NCBI GenBank assembly: GCA_934087515.1
Contig: CAKOIY010000002.1
Coordinates: forward strand, 1 to 63,761
Direction of reading: 5' to 3'
DNA length: 63,761 bases
Origin: an uncultured Bacilli bacterium
GTDB taxonomy: Bacteria; Bacillota_I; Bacilli_A; RF39; UBA660
In this document: positions 46,858 through 60,780 of the stretch, piece by piece
Numbering within the stretch: the first letter of the stretch is position 1
Layout: the number at the start of each line of letters is the position of its first letter
The notes under the pieces: generated by a model
The model's database searches: none
Told to the model about the DNA's origin: nothing
What the model saw: only the letters and a program-made list of their open reading frames with translations
Position numbers and translations under genes: made by a program

Positions 46858-47755
46858 ATGTATTCTCCTTGTTTATTATATCTATGAAACTTTCTAATCT
46901 TGTTATTAGTCCAGTTGTTTCGGTTTCTTCGTCTTGTATTAGGGTTATTATTGGTTTATTTTTTATGTTTCTTATGATTAGTTCATTTGTTATTGAATCT
47001 GTGGCACAGGGAAATGCTGATATGATTATTATTCCATTTACGTTGTTTTTATATTTTGTTATTGCTCCCATTAGTTCTTTGTTTACTGTGTAGTAGGTGT
47101 CTTTTGATATTTCTTTTGATTCTGTTTCAAGTTCTTTTTTATCATATATATTAGCATATACAATATCTATATTATTTTCTTTTATGATATTTATTATTGG
47201 ATTTCCTATTAGTTCATCGTATATGTTGTAGGGGTGTCCTGCTAGGAGTATTTTTTTGTTATTATTGTTTAGAATATTTGTTTGTTTTAGGAGTAGGTTG
47301 TTTTGTACTTTTTTTTCTTTTTCTTTTGCTTTTTTGTATGCTGACAGGGTTTTGTTAAAGGAAAATCCTAGATAAAGTCCTAGTTCTACGAAGGCGTTTT
47401 TTTCATGTTTTTTATGTGTTTCATCTATGTTGATATCTAGTATGTTAATGTTAAATAGGTTATTTACTAAATCATATAAGAGATAGAAATTTGTGCATAC
47501 TTTTTCGTCTTTTTTTAGGCTTTTGATGTGTGGTATTAATATATAATCACATTTATTTATTAGATTTTTTATATGTCCTAGGAATATTTTTAGACTTATA
47601 CATGATTCTGGTGGTGCTAGTTTGTTTCCGTCTTCTAGTGTTTGTTTTGTTGTAGGGTCTGAAATTATGTAATCTATGTCTAGTTCGTTTAAGAATGTTT
47701 TTATAAGTGTTTGGTATCTATAATAGAAAAGGGCTCTTGGTATTCCTATTTTCAT
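46850..47755 (-). CDS. Activase-associated (DUF2229-related) protein
   Basis: First gene of the three-gene overlapping operon (MKIGIPRALFYYRY...). This assignment is an inference. Confidence 0.5.
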   Translation of the reverse strand: MKIGIPRALFYYRYQTLIKTFLNELDIDYIISDPTTKQTLEDGNKLAPPESCISLKIFLGHIKNLINKCDYILIPHIKSLKKDEKVCTNFYLLYDLVNNLFNINILDINIDETHKKHEKNAFVELGLYLGFSFNKTLSAYKKAKEKEKKVQNNLLLKQTNILNNNNKKILLAGHPYNIYDELIGNPIINIIKENNIDIVYANIYDKKELETESKEISKDTYYTVNKELMGAITKYKNNVNGIIIISAFPCATDSITNELIIRNIKNKPIITLIQDEETETTGLITRLESFIDIINKENTYE

Positions 47756-47802
47756 TTAATCATCTCCTAGATAATTTTATTCTGTTAGGTATTTTTTAGC
47801 AT

Positions 47803-47830
47803 AAAAAAAGTTCTACAAAATAGAACTTTT
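47803..47830. terminator. Bidirectional intrinsic terminator
   Basis: AAAAGTTCTA-caaaa-TAGAACTTTT. Confidence 0.7.
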
Positions 47831-48638
47831 ATAGGAATAATATGACAAGTGTTCCTACGATTAGACAATATATTACAAAGTAAATAAGTTTTCCGTCTTT
47901 TACAACGTTTCTAAACCATTTGGTTGCAAAGTAGGTTACTACTCCAGCGATTATTGTTGCTAGAAGGTAATACATTATTGTTATTAGGGATAAATTACTT
48001 GTTAGTAAATCTTTTAGTCCTAGGATTGTTGTTGCAACACTTATGGGAATGTATAATAAGAAGGAAAAGTCAAATGCTGTTTCTCTTTTTAAATTTCTAA
48101 GCATGCCTCCGACAATAGTTGAACCACTTCTTGAGATTCCTGGAACGAGTGCTATTACTTGGAATAATCCTATTATGATTGCATCTTTTAGAGTTATGTG
48201 TTTGTTGTCTTTTTTTCCTTTTATGTTTCTAATTAGAAATAGGAATCCAGCGGTTATAAGAAGAGTTACTCCGATAAATTTGATATTTTTTTCAAGAATA
48301 TCAAATATTCCTAGTTTTGTAACTATTAGTCCCATTATACCAGCAGGAATGGTTGCTATTATTAGTAATAAGCAGTATCTAAAGTTTTCTTTTGTTTCTG
48401 GTGAATCTTTTTTGATGTGTTTTACAAAATCAATAAATAGTGTTTTTATTCTATCTCTGTAGAAATATATTATTGCTATTAGGCTACCAAAGTTTGTTAG
48501 TATTGCTAGCATTCCTATATCTATTTTGGTATTTAATAAATGATTTAAAATCATGACGTGTCCAGATGATGAGACTGGTATTGGTTCTGTGAAACCTTGT
48601 ATTATTCCTAAGATTATGTATTCTATTATTTCTATCAT
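47829..48638 (-). CDS. uppP: Undecaprenyl-diphosphate phosphatase
   Basis: GIIQGFTEPIPVSSSGH N-terminus, PGISRSGSTI motif and 8 TM helices. Confidence 0.9.
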   Translation of the reverse strand: MIEIIEYIILGIIQGFTEPIPVSSSGHVMILNHLLNTKIDIGMLAILTNFGSLIAIIYFYRDRIKTLFIDFVKHIKKDSPETKENFRYCLLLIIATIPAGIMGLIVTKLGIFDILEKNIKFIGVTLLITAGFLFLIRNIKGKKDNKHITLKDAIIIGLFQVIALVPGISRSGSTIVGGMLRNLKRETAFDFSFLLYIPISVATTILGLKDLLTSNLSLITIMYYLLATIIAGVVTYFATKWFRNVVKDGKLIYFVIYCLIVGTLVILFL

Positions 48639-48732
48639 TTTTAATCACCTAGTTAATTATATACTATTTTTGTCAAATTTTAAACAGATTAAAATTAAAA
48701 ATATTGTATATACTATTTTTGAGGGCGATAAT

Positions 48733-49365
48733 ATGACTTATATTTATGATATATTACTTAATTTTAATGAGAATTTGGTGGAGTATTTTGAATGGAATGA
48801 TAATGATAAGATAAAGTATGTTAAGAAAATTATACTTTTTAAAGTTAGTTCTAAGATTATTAAAGATATTATTTATAATGATGTTTTATTTGACAGTTCA
48901 TTTACAGATAAGATTCCTAAATATGAAATGAATGGAGTTAAAGATGCTGGTAGTTTATGTCTTCTTTGTGATGGACTTATGGTTGTGGGTTTATTAATAA
49001 GAAATAATAAAGTTTCTTTGGTATCAAGGATGATTCTTGATGAGGAGCAAGAGGTTATAGAGATGTGTGATAGATTAAGTAGTTTTTCTGTTTTGTATAA
49101 AATTATTGGGAAAAATAATAAGAAAAATAGTGTTATTACTCGTGAGGAAGAGAGAGTTTTAGGGTTTTTAAAAGTTGAATTTGTTAGACTTTATGAAGAA
49201 GGTAATTTAGATAAATTTATGTATTTATATTATGAATTTACAGGTAAGGAGTGTAATAGTATAGATCATATTTATAAGTATTTGATTAGTAGTTTAGAGG
49301 TATTTACTGATAAACATATGAAACTTTATGAGGTTTTAAATTTATCTAATGCAAAACTTAATTAA
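48733..49365 (+). CDS. Hypothetical cytoplasmic protein
   Basis: I moved the start to ATG 48733 (MTYIYDILLNFNE...) after a GAGGG SD. The ORF-track upstream extension is antisense to uppP. Confidence 0.55.
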   Translation: MTYIYDILLNFNENLVEYFEWNDNDKIKYVKKIILFKVSSKIIKDIIYNDVLFDSSFTDKIPKYEMNGVKDAGSLCLLCDGLMVVGLLIRNNKVSLVSRMILDEEQEVIEMCDRLSSFSVLYKIIGKNNKKNSVITREEERVLGFLKVEFVRLYEEGNLDKFMYLYYEFTGKECNSIDHIYKYLISSLEVFTDKHMKLYEVLNLSNAKLN

Positions 49366-49442
49366 TTTTGAAAAAAAATCATTGCTATTCTAAAAATTAT
49401 AAGGTATAATCAAATTGTGTAAAAAAGAATGGGAGTGATATT

Positions 49443-52031
49443 GTGTCAAAGAATATAAAAATATTTATTGGATTAATGTTATTTACACTTATTGGTCTTT
49501 TTGGAATGGGTAATGTAAGTGCTATTACGCTTGCTCATGAAAGATGTCCAGAGTCATATGTTAAGACTACTAGCACTTATACAGATTATGCAGATTTAAA
49601 TTCTGTAAAAGGGACTAAAGCTAATGGATATAAAGATGGTAAGGCTTATAGAGTTGATTTAGATAAAAAACCTTGGTATGTACATACTTCACTTACAATG
49701 TTTGCTGCTGAAGGGCATACTATTTATTGTACTGAACATGGTGTTGTTTATGTAAATGCTAAAAATAGTCCTTCATTTGTTTCAGCTTCTGGGAATGTTG
49801 ATAATAATATACTTGCTAGGGTGCTTGCTTATGGATATAATGATAATTCTAATAGTGTTTCTTGTTCGGCAAGTAGGGTTGCTACTCAAATGTTAGTTCA
49901 TTTTGCTGAAAAGGAAATAGCAGATGGTACTACTGGTTGGAGATCACTTACTGCTAGTCAAATGACTGGAAGTTTATTTGGTGGTAGTGGGGCTTCAAGT
50001 ATTGCATCTGAAGTTGTTAGAATTAGATCTTTGGTTTTAGATCATGATAAAATACCTAGTTTTGCTTTTAAAACTGCAGAAGCTGCTAATAATGATCCTA
50101 ATAAGATGGAACTTAAGTATAGTGAAACTAATCGTAATTTCTCTAATAGTAAGTCTGATACAAATGGTGTATTTTCTACTTATACACTTGGTACTAATCC
50201 TACTAGTGTTACAGCTACTAAGAGTGGTAATACTTTAACTATTACATCTAAAGATGATAGTGTTACAACTCCAATTAGTATGTCTAAAGTGTTTAAGAGC
50301 GGTGGTTATTATCAACGTAATGGTGAGTTCCAAAATATGGCTTATATAAAACCTACTACTAAGACTGTTACTGCTTATACTGGTTATAAATATGAAAAGA
50401 TTGGTAAGGGAACAGTTAAGATTCATAAAATTGATAAATATACTGGTAAGAATATGAAAGGTGCTTCTTTTGGTATTTATAGTGATGCTGATTGTACTAA
50501 GAAGGCTGTTGATTATTTAGGAAGAGAACTTCCTGAAAAGAAATCTGATAAGAATGGTATTATTGCTTGGGATAATTTATATTATCCACTTGAACTTGGT
50601 CAATCAAGAACATATTATGTAAAAGAAACTAAGACTATTGAAGGCTATGCACTTGATAATGAACAACTTGATAAACTTAAGGCTAAAGGAACTTGTATTC
50701 CTGTACAAGTAACTGCTAGTGAAAAGGATACAGATGATACTACAACTGATGATAAGGGAACTGCTCCTAATTCTGTTGCTCCTCAAAAAGCTGAATCCAC
50801 TACAAAAGAAATTGAAGATAAAGAAGTAGTTGTTCAAGCAGTATATAATATACCTTATGGTAATGTTACTATTTTAAAACAAGATGTTGATACTGGTAAA
50901 GTTATTCCGGGAGTTGAATTTAAACTTCTTAAGAATAATACTAAGAAAGAACCTGCTACTGATATGAATGGCAATGTTGTTAAAAATGCTATTACTGATG
51001 AAAATGGTATTGCTGAATTTGAAAATATACCTTATGGTGATTATATTTTAGTAGAGGTTAAGGCTAATAGTTGGTATAAAATTTTGGAAGAACCAATTGA
51101 ATTTACTTTAAATAAGGATAATGATGCTTTAAAATATGAAGCTCAAGGTACTGAAGCTTTACCTAGTACTGATTCTAAAGATAATACTAAACAAGATACA
51201 GCTAAGGATACTACAACTGATAAGAATGCTTCATCAACTACTAATAGTAGTACAACAACTGATAATAAGACTACTACTGATAAGGTGAAGGATATTTTAA
51301 TACCTTTGGCTAAGTATCGTTTAGGTGATCCTACTAATGATGGTAAGATTAATCAAGATGATATGAAGGTAATTGAAGATATTATTGCTAAGAATATTGA
51401 AGCTACTAGTTTACAATTTTATGCTTCTGATTTAAATCTTGACAAGAATGTTGATCAAACTGATAAGGATTTAATGCAAAAGTATTTAGATGGAGATAAG
51501 ACTGCTATTGCTAATGCACTTAAAGAATATGAAATTCCTGGACAAATTCAAAAGAGGGTTACTCGTGTTGTTACTAACAAGGCTTTGGATATGAAAATTA
51601 GTAAAGTTGCTATTACTAATGAAAAGGAACTTCCTGGTGCTAAAATAGTTGTTAAAAATGCTAAGGGAGAAGTATTTATTAAGTTTACTTCAACAAGTAA
51701 AGTAAAAGAATTTGCAATTCCAATTGGAGATTATACTTTAACTGAAACTGTTGCTCCTAAAGGTTATCAAACTTTGAAAACTGAAGTTAAGTTTAGAGTT
51801 TTATCTAATGGTAATATTAAATTAGTTAGTGCTGATTCTAATATGTATAAGATTGTTAAATCTAAAGAAAAAGATGATACTGATGCTGATCATTTAAAGA
51901 TTTATAATCAATTGAAGAAAATTAGTGTACCTAATACTGGTAGTGTTATTGCTATATCTACTATAGTTGGAGGACTTCTTCTAATTGGTGGAGGTAGTTA
52001 CGTAATTTATAGAAAGTATAAAACAAATTAA
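49443..52031 (+). CDS. Sortase-anchored adhesin: candidate thioester domain + SpaA/Cna-B-type domains + dockerin-like pair + VPNTG sorting signal
   Basis: Signal peptide. IYCTEHG (Cys at 49728) and VATQML (Gln at 49887). Prealbumin-like KxD..TG..(L/M).GA.F repeats. DPTNDGKINQDD / DLNLDKNVDQTD. C-terminal VPNTG + hydrophobic helix + RKYK. Confidence 0.75.
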   Translation: MSKNIKIFIGLMLFTLIGLFGMGNVSAITLAHERCPESYVKTTSTYTDYADLNSVKGTKANGYKDGKAYRVDLDKKPWYVHTSLTMFAAEGHTIYCTEHGVVYVNAKNSPSFVSASGNVDNNILARVLAYGYNDNSNSVSCSASRVATQMLVHFAEKEIADGTTGWRSLTASQMTGSLFGGSGASSIASEVVRIRSLVLDHDKIPSFAFKTAEAANNDPNKMELKYSETNRNFSNSKSDTNGVFSTYTLGTNPTSVTATKSGNTLTITSKDDSVTTPISMSKVFKSGGYYQRNGEFQNMAYIKPTTKTVTAYTGYKYEKIGKGTVKIHKIDKYTGKNMKGASFGIYSDADCTKKAVDYLGRELPEKKSDKNGIIAWDNLYYPLELGQSRTYYVKETKTIEGYALDNEQLDKLKAKGTCIPVQVTASEKDTDDTTTDDKGTAPNSVAPQKAESTTKEIEDKEVVVQAVYNIPYGNVTILKQDVDTGKVIPGVEFKLLKNNTKKEPATDMNGNVVKNAITDENGIAEFENIPYGDYILVEVKANSWYKILEEPIEFTLNKDNDALKYEAQGTEALPSTDSKDNTKQDTAKDTTTDKNASSTTNSSTTTDNKTTTDKVKDILIPLAKYRLGDPTNDGKINQDDMKVIEDIIAKNIEATSLQFYASDLNLDKNVDQTDKDLMQKYLDGDKTAIANALKEYEIPGQIQKRVTRVVTNKALDMKISKVAITNEKELPGAKIVVKNAKGEVFIKFTSTSKVKEFAIPIGDYTLTETVAPKGYQTLKTEVKFRVLSNGNIKLVSADSNMYKIVKSKEKDDTDADHLKIYNQLKKISVPNTGSVIAISTIVGGLLLIGGGSYVIYRKYKTN

Positions 52032-52110
52032 GAGACTTTTATAGTTTCTTTTTTTTGTTTACTTTTTTTTGTTTTTTTGATACAATTTATTGGCGTTATG
52101 AGGTGATAAT

Positions 52111-52650
52111 ATGTTTAAACTTGTAAAGCCTGAATTATGTTATAAGAAAAGTGCTATTTTGTATATTGAGGAGTTATTGAGTTATAATTCTGCTATACAT
52201 GGTACTGGTTTTTTGGATAGATATTTGGAATCTAGTGGTTATGAAGAATGGCTTGATGAGATTAGATATTTAGAATTTAATAGTGATTCTTCTAAGGTAT
52301 CTGCTTCGACTTTTTTTATGGTTGATGATAATGATTTTATTATAGGAATGGTTAATATTAGACATACTTTAAATGATAAGTTGTTATTTCATGGTGGTAA
52401 TATTGGATATAGTATTCGTCCTACTGAGAGGGGAAATGGTTATGCTAAGATTGCTTTGTTTTTGGCTCTTAAGGAGTGTTTTTCTCTTGGACTTACTAGG
52501 GTTTTGATAACTGCTGAAGATAATAATGTTCCTTCGTATAGAACTATTGAGGCTTTGGGTGGTGTTATGGAAAATAAAGTTTTAGATGATGGTAAGTATT
52601 TTAGGAGATATTGGATTGATGTTGAGAAGTCTTTAGGTGTTTTTAGTTAG
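52111..52650 (+). CDS. GNAT-family N-acetyltransferase
   Basis: RPTERGNGYAKIAL acetyl-CoA-binding motif; 179 aa. Confidence 0.75.
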   Translation: MFKLVKPELCYKKSAILYIEELLSYNSAIHGTGFLDRYLESSGYEEWLDEIRYLEFNSDSSKVSASTFFMVDDNDFIIGMVNIRHTLNDKLLFHGGNIGYSIRPTERGNGYAKIALFLALKECFSLGLTRVLITAEDNNVPSYRTIEALGGVMENKVLDDGKYFRRYWIDVEKSLGVFS

Positions 52651-53931
52651 TAGTTTTTTTAGTTTTGTATATTGATAAGTTGTTATATATAGATATTGTA
52701 TTAGTATTGCGATTAGTAAGGCATACATATTTATGTCTAGGTATAGTAGAAGATATAATGATATTGTTTTTAGAATTGTTCCTATTAGGCTTGATGTCAT
52801 GACTATTTTTGCTTTGTTTATGGCTTGTAGTGTTGATATTATTGGGCCTTGGATATAAGTTAATAGGAATATTGGACTTGCTAGTATTAGGTATTTATAT
52901 CCTTCGGTGGTGTTAAACATTATATTTAATGATTGTTTTGGAAAAATACAAAATATTATTGTGAATATTACTCCTATAAGTAGAGAAAAGATTATTGCCT
53001 GAGATAGTTTTCTTTTTATTGCTTGGTAGTTTTTTTTGCTATTTAGAGTTGATATTGTTGGTAATAGAGCAGATGATATTGCGCCACTTAAGAATTGTGG
53101 TAACATTACCATTGGGAAGATGAATCCAGATATTATTCCGTATTCTTTTGTTATATGACTTGTGTCGTAACCTATTTTTATTAATACAAAGGTTATGATT
53201 ATTGGTTCTAGGAATCCTCCGATTGAGTTTATTATTCTTCCTGTAGTGGTTGGTATGGATATTTCTAGTGTATCTTTTATGTTTGTTGGATTTGGTTTTA
53301 TGTCACTTTTTTTAATGGTTACATTTTTTGGAATAAAGATAATTAATATGATGATAGATAATAATTCGCTTATTATGTTATATAAAATTAAACCAGTTAT
53401 AGTGGCACTCATTCCATATTTTAAGAGATGTGGAGTTATTATTATTGTTATTATGAGTCTTGTTATTTGTTCAAAGAGATTTGAGGTTACGTGAGGAATC
53501 ATTTTTTGTTTTCCGAAGAAGTAACCTCTTATTATGTTTGATACGGTTATGAATGGTAGTGTTATACTTATTGCTATTATGGGATAGTAAAGGTTATTAT
53601 TTTGAAGTAGGGTGTTTGCTATTAATTTTGATGATAGGATAAGTATAGTAATTATTACTATATTAAAGATAAGTGCTATGGGGATTATTCCAAGTACTAT
53701 ATTTTTGTTATTTCTTGAGTTTTCTGAGACTAGTTTTGATATTGCGATTGGTAGTGATAAGGTTGCTATGGTTATGAAAAGGGTATAGGTTGGCATAATT
53801 AACATGTATAGTCCTATTCCGTCTACTCCTATTATTCTGGTTGTTATTATTCTAATTATCATACCTAGTATTTTTGTTATTAATCCTCCGATTATAAGAA
53901 TTATTGTAGATTTTATAAATTTTTCTTTCAT
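52633..53931 (-). CDS. MOP-superfamily flippase (polysaccharide biosynthesis / SpoVB-MurJ-like)
   Basis: 432 aa, about 12 TM helices, with an N-terminus typical of the family (FIKSTIILIIGGLITKILGMIIRI). Confidence 0.7.
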   Translation of the reverse strand: MKEKFIKSTIILIIGGLITKILGMIIRIITTRIIGVDGIGLYMLIMPTYTLFITIATLSLPIAISKLVSENSRNNKNIVLGIIPIALIFNIVIITILILSSKLIANTLLQNNNLYYPIIAISITLPFITVSNIIRGYFFGKQKMIPHVTSNLFEQITRLIITIIITPHLLKYGMSATITGLILYNIISELLSIIILIIFIPKNVTIKKSDIKPNPTNIKDTLEISIPTTTGRIINSIGGFLEPIIITFVLIKIGYDTSHITKEYGIISGFIFPMVMLPQFLSGAISSALLPTISTLNSKKNYQAIKRKLSQAIIFSLLIGVIFTIIFCIFPKQSLNIMFNTTEGYKYLILASPIFLLTYIQGPIISTLQAINKAKIVMTSSLIGTILKTISLYLLLYLDINMYALLIAILIQYLYITTYQYTKLKKLLTKNT

Positions 53932-54031
53932 AGTTAATTGTATGTTTTTTATTCTTATTTTTTTAAGTTATTTTTGTTTACAATGTTTTATTTTTCTGAT
54001 ATATTTATATTGATAATAGAGGAGGTAATTT

Positions 54032-56806
54032 ATGAAGAGAATGTTTTTTGTAGTCGCTTTGGCTATGATTGGTGGTTTTGTGTTTATAGGAGGTGTAAGT
54101 GCTGATTCTACTGTTTTATATGAAGATGGGACTTTTATTATAAATGAGCAGGATCAAGATAGGACTAGTAATACTGAGAGTCATGGTACTGTTACTAAGG
54201 AATATGAAGCTTTTGATGGTAATAATTATGTGTTTGATAATTCTTTAGTTTTATGGGATTCTGAAAAGGATAGTATAAAGCGTGTTGAAATAGCTCAAAA
54301 GATTAAACCTAAATCTATAATTAATTGGTTTAATTCTATGGCTAATGTTGAGTATATTGATTTTACTAATTTAGATACTTCAGATATTACTGATATGAAT
54401 CATTTGTTATATGAGAGTGCTACTAAGTCTTCTAGTTTAGAGCTTAAAAATATTGGGTCTTTGGATACATCTAAGGTTACTGATATGAGTTCTATATTTT
54501 CTGATATTAGAAATAGTAAAATATCTTTGAATTTGGATTTATCAAAATGGAACACATCAAGTGTAACTAATATGAGTTATATGTTTGGTGATAATTATTT
54601 AAAATCTTTAACTGTAAATGTTTTTGGATGGGATACTACTAATGTTACTGATATGAGTGGTATGTTTATTGGTGTTGATAATGATTATGATTATCCAGTT
54701 GTTATAGATGGTGATTTTGTAGTACCTAGTGGCTGTAATGTTGATTCTATGTTAACGTGGGCTGAGAATTTGTCTGGTAATTTTGTATTTAGTGGTGATT
54801 TTACTGGTAATATGTTTCAAAATGATGATACTGCTATAAATGATGATGCTAGGATTGGTTTATTTTCTACTTCTGATACATCTAAAGCTAAACTTGAAAG
54901 TCTTGTGATTGATTCTAGTAATCATATTTATGTTAATCCTTACAGAATTATTGCTGATTATGCTGAAGGAATTCTTGTAAATGATAAAGAATATGCTAAT
55001 AGTATTGCTCAAGCTGGTGATGTTATAAAGGTTGCTAGTGTTGATGGCTATATTATTAAGTCTATATCTGTTGTTAAGAGTGGTAATGATGAAGTTGTTT
55101 CATTTGATTATGATAATGATACATTTGTTATGCCAGATAGTGATGTAAATATTGATGTTACGTATGTTGTTAAGCCTAGTGTTGGTAAGGTAATACTTAA
55201 TAAACCTCAACTTATTGATTATAACAATATAAAAGTTTCTTGGAGTGAGGTAGAGGGTGCTGATGGTTATAGGGTTTCTTTACATGATTCTACTCATATT
55301 GGTCCTATTGCTTCTTATGATATAAAAGATTTATCTTATGAGTTTAATGATTTAAATGAAAATTATTATTCTTATACAATTTATGTTAGGGCTTATAAAA
55401 ATGTTGATGTTGATGGGCATACTAAGGTTTTTGAAGGGCAAAGTGCAAATACAGCATCTTTAAGAACTTCTAAAGAACTTGCTGCTCCTTCGGTTAGTGC
55501 TAAACTTATTGGTATTGCTGATGTAAAACTTGAATGGAATTCTATTGATGATGCTGAAGGATATAATATTTATTATAAGAAAAGTTCTAGTGATGAATAT
55601 AAGTTTTTACATGAAACTATGAATACATATTATGAAGTTAAAGGGCTTAGTAATTCAGCTGAATATGATTTTAAAGTAGTACCTGTTACAAAATTTATTA
55701 ATCTTTCTGCTGATTGGTATTTGTCATCTGGATATGATTCAGATTATGTATTTGAAAGTAAATTATTTGGTATTTCTAGTATAACTACTTTAGCTAATCC
55801 AGATGTTGGTTCTGTTACTATAGAGGATGTTTCTTATAATAGTAAGAAAATTACATGGAAAAGTGATTCTTCTTTGAAATATAAGATATATTATAAATCT
55901 ATTAATGATGAAGTGTATACTTATGTTGATACTGTTAGTGATGGCGAATATGTATTTAAAAATTTACCTTCTTCGTATAAATATGATGTTAAGATTGTTC
56001 CTTATATTGTAGTTGATGGTAATGAATTCGAGGGATTAAATAATATTTTTGAGATTGAATCTTATGGTTATGATATTGGAAATGCTGAGGTAAGTGGTAT
56101 TTATAATAAAACTTATAATGGTAAATATCAAACTCAAAATATTAGATTAGTACTTGATGGTAAGACCTTAGTGAGTGGTAGAGATTATGAAGTTAGTTAT
56201 AAAAATAATAGAAATGCTGGAGTTGCTACTGTTATAATTGTTGGAAAGGGTAGTTATTCTGGAAAAATGGCTTGGACTTTTAAAATTAAACCTTTAAATA
56301 TTAAGAGTGTTCAGTTATCTAATTATGTTTATTCTTATAATGGTTATTTGAAGACTCCGATTGTTACAGTAAAAAATGGTTATGGTAATGTATTAGCTAA
56401 AGACATTAATTATTCTTTGGTATATCAAACTGGTAGAAAGAATGTTGGCACTTATAGAGTTACTGTCAAAGGAAAAGGTAATTATACTGGTACAATTGTT
56501 AAGACTTTTAAGATAATTCCTATTTCTACTAATATAACTAAGATTTCAAGGGGAAAAACAAGTATTAAAGTTAATTATAATAAACGTATTTATCAAGTAA
56601 GTGGTTATCAAATTCGTGTTTCATCGTCTTCTAAGATGACTAATGCTAGGTATGTTAAGATTGGTAGTTATAAAACTAATAATAAGACTATTAAAAGTTT
56701 AAAAAGACATAAGAGATATTATGTACAAATTAGAACTTATAAAAAGACAACAAGTGGTACATATTATTCTAGTTGGAGTTCTATTAGAAGTGTTGTAACT
56801 TTATAG
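54032..56806 (+). CDS. Secreted DUF285 ('26-residue repeat')/FN3 multi-domain surface protein
   Basis: Signal peptide. DUF285 repeats (LDTSKVTDMSSIF, WNTSSVTNMSYMF, WDTTNVTDMSGMF). Several FN3-like modules. The C-terminal MBG-like + FN3 module is shared with 21099..22673. Confidence 0.8.
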   Translation: MKRMFFVVALAMIGGFVFIGGVSADSTVLYEDGTFIINEQDQDRTSNTESHGTVTKEYEAFDGNNYVFDNSLVLWDSEKDSIKRVEIAQKIKPKSIINWFNSMANVEYIDFTNLDTSDITDMNHLLYESATKSSSLELKNIGSLDTSKVTDMSSIFSDIRNSKISLNLDLSKWNTSSVTNMSYMFGDNYLKSLTVNVFGWDTTNVTDMSGMFIGVDNDYDYPVVIDGDFVVPSGCNVDSMLTWAENLSGNFVFSGDFTGNMFQNDDTAINDDARIGLFSTSDTSKAKLESLVIDSSNHIYVNPYRIIADYAEGILVNDKEYANSIAQAGDVIKVASVDGYIIKSISVVKSGNDEVVSFDYDNDTFVMPDSDVNIDVTYVVKPSVGKVILNKPQLIDYNNIKVSWSEVEGADGYRVSLHDSTHIGPIASYDIKDLSYEFNDLNENYYSYTIYVRAYKNVDVDGHTKVFEGQSANTASLRTSKELAAPSVSAKLIGIADVKLEWNSIDDAEGYNIYYKKSSSDEYKFLHETMNTYYEVKGLSNSAEYDFKVVPVTKFINLSADWYLSSGYDSDYVFESKLFGISSITTLANPDVGSVTIEDVSYNSKKITWKSDSSLKYKIYYKSINDEVYTYVDTVSDGEYVFKNLPSSYKYDVKIVPYIVVDGNEFEGLNNIFEIESYGYDIGNAEVSGIYNKTYNGKYQTQNIRLVLDGKTLVSGRDYEVSYKNNRNAGVATVIIVGKGSYSGKMAWTFKIKPLNIKSVQLSNYVYSYNGYLKTPIVTVKNGYGNVLAKDINYSLVYQTGRKNVGTYRVTVKGKGNYTGTIVKTFKIIPISTNITKISRGKTSIKVNYNKRIYQVSGYQIRVSSSSKMTNARYVKIGSYKTNNKTIKSLKRHKRYYVQIRTYKKTTSGTYYSSWSSIRSVVTL

Positions 56807-56920
56807 TAGTTTATGTTTTGGGAGAGCATGTATGTGCTTTCTTTTTTTCTTAAAATTATTGTCTACTCTTTATTTTCTAGTGTTTTTATAGTATAATTAA
56901 TGAGAAAAACGGGTGATTAT

Positions 56921-60766
<3,846 letters not shown>

Positions 60767-60780
<14 letters not shown>

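Noticed and set aside
50700-51300. Thr/Asp/Lys-rich low-complexity stretches of the adhesin as tandem DNA repeats or contingency repeats
   Set aside because: The nucleotide sequence is compositionally biased but not exactly periodic. It looks like a flexible linker, not a slippage-prone repeat.
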